This document shows, piece after piece, positions 47,403-56,691 of a DNA stretch of 64,000 nucleotides. The notes below the pieces were generated by a model that ran no database searches, was not told the DNA's origin, and saw only the letters and a program-made list of their open reading frames with translations. How positions within the stretch are numbered: the first letter of the stretch is position 1; every line of letters starts with the position of its first letter. This DNA is from an uncultured bacterium (GTDB lineage Bacteria > Krumholzibacteriota > Krumholzibacteriia > LZORAL124-64-63): the NCBI GenBank assembly GCA_963727525.1, contig CAVSGO010000005.1:256001-320000 (forward strand). The letters run 5' to 3'. A program made the position numbers and the translations under genes.

Positions 47403-48731
47403 ATGAAGATCGCAATCGGCGCCGATCACGGCGGATTCGACCTCAAGGCCCGGCTGATCCGCCACCTTGGGCAGAACGGCCACCAGGTCGAGGACGTCGG
47501 AACTTCTTCCCATGAAGCTGTGGACTATCCAGTCTATGCGCGGGCCGTCGCCGAGGCCGTGGCCAGCGGCCGGACCGATCGCGGCATCATGATCGACGGC
47601 GCCGGCATCGGCTCCTCCATGGTCGCCAACAAGGTGCCTGGAGTACGCGCCGCCCTCGCCTACGACCTCTCCAGTGCCCGCAACGGGCGCGAGCACAACG
47701 ACGCCAACGTGCTCACACTCGGCGCCGGCCTCATCGGGCCGAACCTGGCCGAACAGCTCGTGGACATCTTCCTGACCGCCGAGTGCCGCGAACCGCGCCA
47801 TCAGCGCCGCGTGGCCATGATCGATGCAGCGGCCCCGACCCGTTCTCCAGCATCCGACAGTCTGCCCGCCGAACTCGACGCCGCCGACCTCGAGCGCATC
47901 GTCGCACGCCTCGCCCAGATGTTACCGGCCGGGGCGGCCACGTGCGGCCCCTGCGTCACAACCTGCCCCGACACGGCGCGCCATCTCATCGGCCTGGGCG
48001 CCGCGCGCCTCAGCACTGGCGGCGCGAAGGCGCCGACCAGCCCGGGCCACATCCCCGAGGACATCGCGCGCTACATCGACCACACCATCCTCAAGCCCGC
48101 CGCCACGCGCGCGGACGTGATGAAGGTGTGCGCCGAGGCCCGGGAGCACGGCTTCCGATCCGTCTGTGTCAATCCCTGCTGGATCGCCACCGTGGCCGGC
48201 GAACTGCGCGGTACCCGGGTGCTCACCTGCTCGGTGGTGGGGTTCCCCCTGGGCGCCGCCACGCCGCAGATCAAGGCCGCCGAGACGCGCCAGGCCATCC
48301 GCGACGGCGCCCGCGAGATCGACATGGTCATCAACGTGGGCGCCTTGAAGAGCGGTGACGACGCCCAGGTGCTGCGCGACATCCGCGCCGTCACCGACGC
48401 CTGCGTCGACGGCGGCGCCACGTGCAAGGTCATCATCGAGACCGTCCTGCTCACCGACGCCGAGAAGGTGCGCGCCTGCGAACTGGCCCGCAGGGCGCGT
48501 GCCCACTTCGTGAAGACGAGCACGGGCTTCGCCGGCGGCGGGGCCACCGCGGCCGATGTCGCGCTCATGGCAAGCGTGGTACGCGGCGCGGGCATGGAAG
48601 TGAAGGCATCGGGCGGCATCCGCTCGTACGACGACGCGAAGCAGATGATCGAAGCCGGCGCCACCCGTATCGGCGCCAGCGCGAGCATCGCCATCGTCCA
48701 GGAAGCGCAGGGGCTGACCGTCAGCGCCTAG
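47403..48731 (+). CDS. deoC: RpiB-family sugar-phosphate isomerase / deoxyribose-phosphate aldolase (DeoC) fusion, BMC cargo
   Basis: N-terminal RpiB ([33 protein letters not shown]); C-terminal DeoC ([32 protein letters not shown]); amphipathic helix in the linker. Confidence 0.92.
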   Translation: MKIAIGADHGGFDLKARLIRHLGQNGHQVEDVGTSSHEAVDYPVYARAVAEAVASGRTDRGIMIDGAGIGSSMVANKVPGVRAALAYDLSSARNGREHNDANVLTLGAGLIGPNLAEQLVDIFLTAECREPRHQRRVAMIDAAAPTRSPASDSLPAELDAADLERIVARLAQMLPAGAATCGPCVTTCPDTARHLIGLGAARLSTGGAKAPTSPGHIPEDIARYIDHTILKPAATRADVMKVCAEAREHGFRSVCVNPCWIATVAGELRGTRVLTCSVVGFPLGAATPQIKAAETRQAIRDGAREIDMVINVGALKSGDDAQVLRDIRAVTDACVDGGATCKVIIETVLLTDAEKVRACELARRARAHFVKTSTGFAGGGATAADVALMASVVRGAGMEVKASGGIRSYDDAKQMIEAGATRIGASASIAIVQEAQGLTVSA

Positions 48732-48745
48732 CCGGGAGTGTGAGC

Positions 48746-49369
48746 ATGGTCGACCTGAGAGCCTTCTGCGTGATCGACAGCCTGCAGCCGCAGTTCGCCT
48801 CGTTCCAGGCGACGGTGGCCCAGGGCTTCTTGCCGCGCGTCGGGCAAGCCAGCCTCTTCGTGGAGATCGCGCCGGGCATCGAGATCAACCGGGTCATGGA
48901 CATAGCCCTGAAGTCGACCCAGGTCACGCCCGGCATGCAGATCGTCGAGCGCCACTTCGGCATGCTCGAGGTGCACGCCGACAGCCAGGCCGACGTGCGG
49001 CAGGCTGGCGCCGCCATCCTCAGCGCACTCGACCTCGCGGAGCACGGTCGCTTGAAGCCGCGCATCGTGTCGGACCAGGTGGTGCGCCACCTCGACGACC
49101 ATCAGTGCATGCTCATCAACCGCACCCGCCACGGCAACATGATCCTCGCGGGCCAGACCCTCTTCATTCTCGAGTGCGAGCCCGCGGCCTACGCCGCCCT
49201 GGCGGCCAACGAGGCGGAGAAGGCGGCGCGCATCAACATCCTCGAGGTGCGGGCCTACGGCAGCTTCGGCCGCCTGTACATCGGCGGCGAGGAAGCCGAC
49301 GTGGCCGTGGCGCGGCCGGCCGCGCTCGCCGCCCTCGAGTCTCTCGATGGACGCGTCGTGAAGAAGTAA
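48746..49369 (+). CDS. BMC-T shell protein, double-stacking CcmP/CsoS1D type
   Basis: LRAFCVIDSLQPQFA...GFLP...EIAPG...VERHFGMLEVH...YGSFGRLYIGG. Confidence 0.9.
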   Translation: MVDLRAFCVIDSLQPQFASFQATVAQGFLPRVGQASLFVEIAPGIEINRVMDIALKSTQVTPGMQIVERHFGMLEVHADSQADVRQAGAAILSALDLAEHGRLKPRIVSDQVVRHLDDHQCMLINRTRHGNMILAGQTLFILECEPAAYAALAANEAEKAARINILEVRAYGSFGRLYIGGEEADVAVARPAALAALESLDGRVVKK

Positions 49370-49417
49370 CGTGCCAACCGTCCGGCCGCGGCCGGACAAC
49401 GCAGCAAGGAGCCCGTC

Positions 49418-49717
49418 ATGTCGGACGCATTGGGAATGATCGAGTGCAGGAGCTTCGCCGCGATGGTCGAGGCCGCCGACGCCATGGTAAAAGCGGCGCG
49501 CGTGGAACTGGTGAGCTACGAGAAGACCGGTGGAGGCTACACCACGGCCGTCATCCGCGGCGACGTGGCCGCGGTGAAGGCCGCCTGCGATGCGGGCCAG
49601 ACTGCGGCCACGCGCGTGGGCGAGATCGTGGCAGTGCACATCATCGCGCGGCCACATGCCAACGTCGACCTGGTGATCCCGCTGGGCCGGCAGGCGGACA
49701 AGACCGTCAAGAAGTAG
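49418..49717 (+). CDS. BMC-H shell hexamer (PduA/EutM/CcmK family)
   Basis: ALGMIE...[10 protein letters not shown]...GDVAAVKAA...HIIARPH. Confidence 0.96.
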   Translation: MSDALGMIECRSFAAMVEAADAMVKAARVELVSYEKTGGGYTTAVIRGDVAAVKAACDAGQTAATRVGEIVAVHIIARPHANVDLVIPLGRQADKTVKK

Positions 49718-49736
49718 CGGACCGACAGGAGAGGTC

Positions 49737-50036
49737 ATGAACCTGGCCAGGGTCATCGGCACCGTGGTGGCGACGCGCAAGGAACCGCGCCTCGACGGCC
49801 TGAAGCTGCTCCTGCTCGGCATCGCCGGTCCCGATGCGGAACTCACCGGCGGCACGGTGGTGGCCGCCGATGCGGTGGGCGCCGGCGAGGGCGAGTACGT
49901 CCTTTTTGCCTCGGGCTCGAGCGCACGGCAAACGCAGGCCACGGATGGAAAACCGGTCGACGCGGTGGTGATGGCGATCGTCGATAGCTGGGAGATCGGC
50001 GGCGAGGATCGCTACCACAAGGGCCGCGACGACTAA
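49737..50036 (+). CDS. BMC-P vertex protein (EutN/CcmL family)
   Basis: [15 protein letters not shown]...DAVGAGEGE...GSSAR...[11 protein letters not shown]. Confidence 0.95.
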   Translation: MNLARVIGTVVATRKEPRLDGLKLLLLGIAGPDAELTGGTVVAADAVGAGEGEYVLFASGSSARQTQATDGKPVDAVVMAIVDSWEIGGEDRYHKGRDD

Positions 50037-50045
50037 GGAGCGCAT

Positions 50046-51494
50046 ATGACGCGCCTCAACGACGCCCAGATCGACGCCATCGCGCGCGGCTTGGCCGCCC
50101 GCATCGGTGGTGGCACCGCCCCACCCGCGGTGCCGGCACCAGCGGCGGCGCCGATGAGTCCGCCGACCGGCGACGGCGTCTTCCCCACGGTCGATGCCTG
50201 CGTGGATGCGGCTCGCACCGCCTTCCGGCAACTCACCGCGTTGTCGCTCACGCGCCGCCAGGAGATCATCGCCGCGATCCGCGCGGCCGTGCTGTCCGCC
50301 GTCGAGGACCTGGCTCGGCAGGCTGTCGAGGAGACCGGGCTGGGACGCGTGGAGCACAAGACGATCAAGAACCGCCTGGTCACGACCAAGACGCCCGGGC
50401 CGGAATGCCTCACGCCGCGCGCCGAGACGGGCGACCACGGCCTCACGCTCACCGAGTACGCGCCGTACGGCGTGATCGGCGCCATCACGCCCACCACCAA
50501 CCCCACCAGCACGATCATCTGCAACACCATCGGCATGGTGTCGGCAGGCAACACGGTGGTCTTCAACGTGCACCCCAACGCCACGCGGTGCTCCATGGCA
50601 ACGGTGCGCCTGATCAATCGCGCGATCGTGGACGCCGGCGGCCCGGCCAGCACCATCGCCGCCGTGGCCACGCCCACCATCGAGTCGGCCGGCGCGCTGA
50701 TGCACCACCGCGGCGTGAACCTGCTGGCGGTGACGGGCGGGCCTGGCGTGGTGAAGGCGGCCATGGTCAGCGGCAAGCGCGCCATCTGCGCAGGGCCGGG
50801 CAACCCGCCGGTGGTGGTGGACGCCACGGCCGATCTTGCGAAGGCCGGCCGCGACATCGTGTACGGCGCCGGCTTCGACAACAACGTCGTGTGTACCGAT
50901 GAGAAGGAGGTCTTCGTCGTCGCCGGCGTGGCCGACGAGCTGATCCGCGTCATGTGCGCCCATCGCGCCTACCTGCTGAACGCCGACGAGTTGAGCCGGC
51001 TCGAGGCGGTCATTTTCGCGGAGAAGCCCCAGCCGCGCCGCCACGGCGTGATCAACAAGGACCTCGTGGGCAAGAACGCCGGCGAGATCCTCGGCCGCAT
51101 CGGCGGCAACGCCGGCCCCAAGCTGGCCCTGCTCATCGCCGACGTGCCCGAGGACCACCCGCTCGTCTGGAGCGAGCAGCTCATGCCGGTGCTGCCGATC
51201 GTGCGCGTGGACAGCGTGGATCGCGCGATCGATCTCGCGAAGGAGGCGGAGCACGGCTTCGGCCACTCCGCGTCGATGCACTCGCGCGACATCGTGGCGC
51301 TCAGCCGCATGGCCCGTGAGATCAACACCAGCATCTTCGTCAAGAACGGCCCCATCACCACCGGCCTGGGCGCCGGCGGCGAGGGCCACACCAGCTTCAC
51401 CATCGCGAGTCCCACCGGCGAGGGATTGACGTATCCCGTCAGCTTCAGCCGCCTGCGCCGCTGCGTGATGGTGGACCACTTCAGGATCGTGTAG
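50046..51494 (+). CDS. CoA-acylating aldehyde dehydrogenase (EutE/PduP-like) with N-terminal encapsulation peptide
   Basis: PYGVIGAITPTTNP; VTGGPGVV; GPGNPP; FDNNVVCTDEKE (catalytic Cys); TIASPTGEG; N-terminal LNDAQIDAIARGLAARI followed by a Pro/Ala linker. Confidence 0.95.
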   Translation: MTRLNDAQIDAIARGLAARIGGGTAPPAVPAPAAAPMSPPTGDGVFPTVDACVDAARTAFRQLTALSLTRRQEIIAAIRAAVLSAVEDLARQAVEETGLGRVEHKTIKNRLVTTKTPGPECLTPRAETGDHGLTLTEYAPYGVIGAITPTTNPTSTIICNTIGMVSAGNTVVFNVHPNATRCSMATVRLINRAIVDAGGPASTIAAVATPTIESAGALMHHRGVNLLAVTGGPGVVKAAMVSGKRAICAGPGNPPVVVDATADLAKAGRDIVYGAGFDNNVVCTDEKEVFVVAGVADELIRVMCAHRAYLLNADELSRLEAVIFAEKPQPRRHGVINKDLVGKNAGEILGRIGGNAGPKLALLIADVPEDHPLVWSEQLMPVLPIVRVDSVDRAIDLAKEAEHGFGHSASMHSRDIVALSRMAREINTSIFVKNGPITTGLGAGGEGHTSFTIASPTGEGLTYPVSFSRLRRCVMVDHFRIV

Positions 51495-52118
51495 ATGCGC
51501 GCGACGGCGATAGCTCTGCTGGAATACCGGTCGATCGCCGCGGGTATGGCGGCCGTCGACCGCATGCTCAAGTGTTCGCCCATCGCGATCCTGAAGTGCG
51601 GCACGATCCATCCCGGCCGCTACCTCGCCCTCGTGGGCGGGTCGGTCGCCAGCACGGAGGAAGCCTGGCGAACGGGATGTGGGGTAGGCGAGGTCACGGA
51701 CGACATCTGCCTGCCCGACCCCCATCCGGCGCTCGTCGCCGGCCTGTTCGAGACGCCGCGCCTCGTCACGGACGACGAGGCCATGGCCGTCATCGAGACC
51801 ACCACATCCCCCGCCCTGCTGCGCGGCGTCGATGTTGCCCTCAAGGCGGTGCCCATCAGCCTGACCGTTCTGCGCCTCGCCGACGACCTCGGCGGCCGCG
51901 GCCTCGCGGTCTTCACCGGCGGGCTCACCGATCTTCAAGCGGCCCTGGCGGTCCTGAACGCGAGCGTCGGCCCGCGCGGCACCCTCTGCGGCCAGTCGCT
52001 CATGCCCCGCGTGGAGTCGACGCTGCAAACGATCGTGGGCACCACCACCCGCTTCGCCGCCTGCGGCATCCATGAGCCGGACGGCGCGGAGCTCGTGCCC
52101 GAGAACACGGAGGTCTGA
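51495..52118 (+). CDS. BMC-T shell protein, PduT-like
   Basis: IALLEYRSIAAG...DRMLK...TIHPGRY; second domain VIET...DVALKA...LRLADDLGGRG. Confidence 0.88.
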   Translation: MRATAIALLEYRSIAAGMAAVDRMLKCSPIAILKCGTIHPGRYLALVGGSVASTEEAWRTGCGVGEVTDDICLPDPHPALVAGLFETPRLVTDDEAMAVIETTTSPALLRGVDVALKAVPISLTVLRLADDLGGRGLAVFTGGLTDLQAALAVLNASVGPRGTLCGQSLMPRVESTLQTIVGTTTRFAACGIHEPDGAELVPENTEV

Positions 52119-52119
52119 T

Positions 52120-52401
52120 ATGCATCTCGGCCGCGTGATCGGTAGTCTCGTCGCCACCATCGTCAGCGACGGCCTGACCGGTGTGCCCCTGCTCTGGGTG
52201 CAGCCCCTCGACAAGCGCGGCGCCGCCCTCGGCCGGTGCTTCGTCGCCGCCGACGGCACCCGCATGGCCGACCGCGACGAGCTGATATACTGGGAAGCCA
52301 GCCGCGAGGCCGCACTCACCCTCGACCCCAGCTTCGTCCCGGTCGACCACGCCATCGTTGGCATCGTCGACGACGTGCAACTCGACGAGGTTCCGTCGTG
52401 A
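52120..52401 (+). CDS. BMC-P vertex protein (EutN/CcmL family)
   Basis: MHLGRVIGSLVAT...SREAA...PVDHAIVGIVD. Confidence 0.9.
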   Translation: MHLGRVIGSLVATIVSDGLTGVPLLWVQPLDKRGAALGRCFVAADGTRMADRDELIYWEASREAALTLDPSFVPVDHAIVGIVDDVQLDEVPS

Positions 52402-52673
52402 TCGTAGGCCGCGTGGCCGGGCGCATCACCTCGACGATCCACCACCCGTCGATGCAGGGCCGGACGCTCCTGATCATCGACAAGCTCGACGCCGCGGGCG
52501 CACCCACGGGCAGCACCCTGATCGCCGTGGACCATGCGGGTGCCGGCGCCGGCGAAACGGTGCTCGTACTCGACGAGGGCAACGGGGCGCGACAGATCCT
52601 CGGCGGCGACGCGCTGCCCATCCGCTCGGTGGTGGTCGGCATCATCGACGAGGCTGCGAGCCCTCCCGCCTAG
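52398..52673 (+). CDS. BMC-P vertex protein (EutN/CcmL family)
   Basis: GTG start; IVGRVAGRITSTIHH...AGAGETVLVLDEGNGARQ...VVGIID. Confidence 0.9.
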   Translation: MIVGRVAGRITSTIHHPSMQGRTLLIIDKLDAAGAPTGSTLIAVDHAGAGAGETVLVLDEGNGARQILGGDALPIRSVVVGIIDEAASPPA

Positions 52674-55102
52674 TTCGCCACCGCGAGCGTACGCACCGTG
52701 GTCTCACCGCCATAGGTGATCTTCAGGACGTAGAGACCCGCGGCCACGGGCGTGCCGTAGAAGTTCTTGCCGTCCCAGAAGCCGGACTCGGCCGAGACCA
52801 CGTCGCTGCGGAAAACCACCTGGCCTTCCAGGTTGAAGACCTGGATCTCGGCGGGGTCATCGGTGCTCGCCCCGATGCCGGCCAGCCGCAACATGCCGTC
52901 GCCGCCGGTCCCGGGGAAGGGATTGGGATAGAGGTAGACCGAGGTCAACGAGCCCACGGGGCCGCTCGACTTGTCTCCCACGGTGACGATGGCACCGCCG
53001 CGGCTGCTGCTCACCACGAGACGTCGCCCCGAGTCGTCGATATCGAGTCCGCGATACGTGCCGCCCGGCAGAGCCACCACGACGTTGTCGGTGTAGAGAC
53101 CCGTACGCGCCAGCGGGATGTACGACTCGAGGTCCGTGTAGGCGTCGACCTGGCGTTGCGGTGCCGGCTCGCTCAGCCGGATCCGATTCAGGCCGATATC
53201 CGTGAGCACCCAGAGATCGCCATTGTGGTCGAGTTCCATGCCCTTCACGGCCTTGCTCAGGAGTCCCTGATCGAGAGGGGACGTCTTGTTGCCGTAGCTG
53301 GCCACCCGGGTGGCGATCCCGGTGGCGACGTCGTAGGTGAAGCCGACCACGCCGTTGCCCCCCACCCAGATGGTCCCGTCGGTTCCGAGCACCATCGCGT
53401 TCGCCAGGCTGATGTCGAAGGCTGTGTCGGGTATGGCCGTGACCGGCGGGGACATGACGTCGTCGCTCGTGTCGGTCCATGTGAGGCGATCGTTCGGGCC
53501 TGCCGACGCGCCGTTGATGTCCCAGCGTACCAGGCCGACGTTGCGCACCGCGAACCAGATCACGTCGCGCCGCTCCACGAGCGCCGCCTCCACGTCGATG
53601 CCACCGACGTCCGGCGTCACCCAGACGCTGGAGTCGTGGAAGTGGTCGGGATCGACGAGAACCTGTGCGCCGACCGTGGGTGCATCTTCACTGGTCATGA
53701 CGATGATCGGACCGTCGGGATGCGCGAGGACCTTGGCGATGGGCGTGCCCACGAGGCCGCTGTTGCCGGGATAGATGAGATCATACTCGTCGTGGTCGAG
53801 CCCCGTGACCGCGGCGGCACGGTAGCGGACGAGCCCGCTGTAGTACTGCGCGAGCCAGAGCGCGCCCGACGGGTCGTGGTCGATGTCCAGAATGGCGCCC
53901 AGCAGGTTGAAGAGGCCCGACGAATCGTTCGCAGCCGTGGCGAGGCTGTAGATCGACGACCAGCCCAGATCCTCGCTCCAGCCGGAAGCTCCCGCTCCCC
54001 AGCGATCGCCGATCCAGGCGCGCCCGAGCGTATCGAACGCCGAGCCGGCCGCATCGGCCGTGACCGACATCACCCGATGCCACTGCTGCCACTCGCTGTT
54101 CCGCAGGCGCGCCAGCCAGGGGTAGCCGGAGTCCGAATCGCCGCTGCGCATATCGCCGATGCGCAGACGCCCGCCCACCCAGATGTCGTCGCCGTCGAGC
54201 GCGAAGCAGCCGTAGTTGACGCTCTGGTCCGCGGGCGGGGTGGGGTGCGCATAGACGGTCAATTGGCCATCGATATCTCTGTACACCGTACCGATGTAGT
54301 TGACCGTCCAGATGTCGTCACCGTCCGTCGCCACGTCGAGATACCAGGCGCCGGCACCGAATTGCAGCTCCCACTCGTCGGTTACAAGGTTCAGCCGCAG
54401 CACGCCATCGCGGGTGGCGATGACCGGCCGTCCCTGGCTGTCGCAGGCGATGCGTTCCACGACGTCCGTGATGCCAGTGTTGATCGGGGTGAACGTGTTG
54501 TCGGCGAACCGGCACACACCCGCCTGCGTGACGACGTAGACCACCTCGCCTGACACCGCGATACCGGTGACGTGATCATCGAGCAGCCCGTCGGCCGTCG
54601 TGTAGTAGCCACCGGGCAGGCCGTCGGTGATGATGCCGATCCCGTTGCTCTCCGTGCCGTAGTAGATCCGTTCGGTCGTCCCCGCGACGACACCGGTGAC
54701 GGCGGTGACCTTGACGCTGGCGAGCGTGGTCGAGTAGCGGCGCATCGTCGGCTGCGCGGCCTCGGGATTCGTGATGCGCGTCATGCCGCCATCGAGCGTG
54801 GCCACCCAGAGATGCTCTCCTGTCCAGCAGAGGTCCGTGACCTCGAACCCGCCGAGGCCGCTGTCGGACGCGAATGAGCGCTGCACCGCGGGGTCGTCCA
54901 CCGACCAGGCCACGAGCCCGCCCGAAGGCGTGGCCGTGTAGACCCAGCCTCCGTGCACGAGAGCGCGGTTCACCGACCAGCCCCGCATGAGGAGCTGGAA
55001 ATCGGCGGACTGCGCCAGAGCCGCCCCCGCGAACACCAGGCCCAGCACGCTCAGGCAACACACCGACAACAGCCGCGGCACGGTACGATTCATGGCTTCC
55101 AT
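52670..55102 (-). CDS. Secreted beta-propeller protein (regulator-propeller / PorZ-like) with C-terminal FlgD-like domain
   Basis: Signal peptide; LWVAT.GG and GL.S..V...D..G.LWV.T..GL repeats; C-terminal YPNPF...WDGKNFYG...AAGLY. Confidence 0.8.
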   Translation of the reverse strand: MEAMNRTVPRLLSVCCLSVLGLVFAGAALAQSADFQLLMRGWSVNRALVHGGWVYTATPSGGLVAWSVDDPAVQRSFASDSGLGGFEVTDLCWTGEHLWVATLDGGMTRITNPEAAQPTMRRYSTTLASVKVTAVTGVVAGTTERIYYGTESNGIGIITDGLPGGYYTTADGLLDDHVTGIAVSGEVVYVVTQAGVCRFADNTFTPINTGITDVVERIACDSQGRPVIATRDGVLRLNLVTDEWELQFGAGAWYLDVATDGDDIWTVNYIGTVYRDIDGQLTVYAHPTPPADQSVNYGCFALDGDDIWVGGRLRIGDMRSGDSDSGYPWLARLRNSEWQQWHRVMSVTADAAGSAFDTLGRAWIGDRWGAGASGWSEDLGWSSIYSLATAANDSSGLFNLLGAILDIDHDPSGALWLAQYYSGLVRYRAAAVTGLDHDEYDLIYPGNSGLVGTPIAKVLAHPDGPIIVMTSEDAPTVGAQVLVDPDHFHDSSVWVTPDVGGIDVEAALVERRDVIWFAVRNVGLVRWDINGASAGPNDRLTWTDTSDDVMSPPVTAIPDTAFDISLANAMVLGTDGTIWVGGNGVVGFTYDVATGIATRVASYGNKTSPLDQGLLSKAVKGMELDHNGDLWVLTDIGLNRIRLSEPAPQRQVDAYTDLESYIPLARTGLYTDNVVVALPGGTYRGLDIDDSGRRLVVSSSRGGAIVTVGDKSSGPVGSLTSVYLYPNPFPGTGGDGMLRLAGIGASTDDPAEIQVFNLEGQVVFRSDVVSAESGFWDGKNFYGTPVAAGLYVLKITYGGETTVRTLAVAN

Positions 55103-55542
55103 CCTTCCTCCAGCGGGTATCCCCCGAGATGCACCTGGGTTGCACCTTGGCAGTGCACCGAAAAGCCACCATCGGGATCTCGATATGATACCTGGCGGTG
55201 CCGCGCCAGTCTAGCAGGCCCGATTCTAACACATTCCAGGACTCTGAGTTTCCCCCATCCTGATCAACACTGACGAGCGCCGGCACCCTGCTCCAGGTCG
55301 AGTTCTCCGCCGCCGCCATACCCTCAATATAGCCGAATCTGGCTCCTGCCGTCACGAACAAGGTCTCACCCCACCGCTCTCGAAATGGCATGCTGGCGCG
55401 TGATCAGCCCCATCCGGCTTGGCGCCGGACGGAGGCTCGTCATGCCGCCGTCGGGACGTGCCGGTCGCAGCGTTCTTCTCTAAGGTTTGAATCGCGGCGC
55501 ATGGCGCCGGCTCCTGCGCACCACCACCCGGGAGGATTTCCC

Positions 55543-56655
55543 GTGCCCATGCTCTGGCAAAGCCTCCATCATGCCGCCGCAATGCTCTGGGAGATGCTGT
55601 GGGCCCTCATCCTGGGTTTCACGATCTCCGGTTGCATGCAAGCCTTCGTCAGCCGTGAGAAGATGGCCGGGTGGTTCGGCCGCGCGGGGCTCAAGCAAGT
55701 GCTGATGGCCATGGGCATCGGCGCGGCCAGTTCGTCGTGCTCGTACGCGGCGGCAGCGACGATGAAGACGGCCTTTCGCAAGGGCGCCGCATTCGTGCCG
55801 GCCGTGGCGTTCCTCTTCGCCTCGACGAACCTGGTCATCGAACTGGGCATCGTGCTCTGGATGCTGATGGGATGGCGGTTCCTGCTCGCGGAGGTAGTAG
55901 GCTCGTTCATACTCGTGGGCGTGATGTGGATTCTCGCCAGCCTCACGCTGCCGTCGCACTGGGTGGACGCGGCAAGGGAGCACGCGCAGGAGGGCGGAGG
56001 GGGACATCACCACCACCATCATCAGCACGGCGACGAGGAGGCGCCCCTGCGCGAGAAGCTCGCCCGCCGCGAGAACTGGGGCCGCGCCGGCGACGCCTTC
56101 GTGATGGACGTGGCGATGCTCTGGAAGGAGATCCTCGCCGGTGTGCTCATCGCCGGCTTCGTGATGGTGCTGGTGCCGGGATCGTGGTGGCAGACGCTCT
56201 TCCTCAGCGGCGACGGCCAGCACGCGGGCGCCCTGCAACTCATCGAGAACGCTTTGGTGGGCCCGCTCATCGCCATGGCGTCATTCGTGTGTTCGGTGGG
56301 CAACATCCCGCTGGCCGGGCTGCTCTGGTCGAGTGGCATCAGCTTCGGCGGCGCCGTGGCCTTCATCTACGCCGACCTGATCGTGATCCCCCTGCTCGCC
56401 GCGTACCGGCGGTACTACGGGCTCCGGATGGCGGCCTACCTGGGCGGCATCCTCTTCGTATCGATGGTCGTGGCCGGGATCGTGGTGGACCTGCTCTTCG
56501 CCGCCACTGGCCTGATCCCCGACGTGAGCCAGGCTCACCCCGCGATCGCCCAGGCCGGCTTCTCCTGGAACTACACCACGTGGCTCAACGTCGTGTTCAT
56601 CCCTTGGGCGGTCTGCCTCTTCGTGGCGCACCGTCGGCGGCGCGCTCGAAGATAG
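55543..56655 (+). CDS. ArsP/DUF318-family permease with His-rich loop
   Basis: GAASSSCSY; ASTNLVIELG; FVCSVGNIP; HHHHHHQH loop; multiple TM. Confidence 0.85.
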   Translation: MPMLWQSLHHAAAMLWEMLWALILGFTISGCMQAFVSREKMAGWFGRAGLKQVLMAMGIGAASSSCSYAAAATMKTAFRKGAAFVPAVAFLFASTNLVIELGIVLWMLMGWRFLLAEVVGSFILVGVMWILASLTLPSHWVDAAREHAQEGGGGHHHHHHQHGDEEAPLREKLARRENWGRAGDAFVMDVAMLWKEILAGVLIAGFVMVLVPGSWWQTLFLSGDGQHAGALQLIENALVGPLIAMASFVCSVGNIPLAGLLWSSGISFGGAVAFIYADLIVIPLLAAYRRYYGLRMAAYLGGILFVSMVVAGIVVDLLFAATGLIPDVSQAHPAIAQAGFSWNYTTWLNVVFIPWAVCLFVAHRRRRARR

Positions 56656-56691
56656 CGCGCCTTGTCCCTGCGTCGCGCGTGCGCCGAACAA

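Noticed and set aside
49707-52535. 942-aa minus-strand ORF and many other long antisense or alternate-frame ORFs (e.g. 8556-10769, 52358-54553, 60318-62414, 31455-33290)
   Set aside because: Shadow ORFs expected at high GC; they overlap well-supported genes and have Arg/Ala/Gly-rich, motif-free translations.
52670-52673. Convergent genes sharing a CTAG stop overlap
   Set aside because: Common arrangement in compact genomes; no further signal.
55103-55542. Long divergent intergenic region as a possible ncRNA or riboswitch
   Set aside because: No recognisable tRNA, riboswitch or strong hairpin pattern by eye; an Rfam/Infernal scan would be needed to exclude it.
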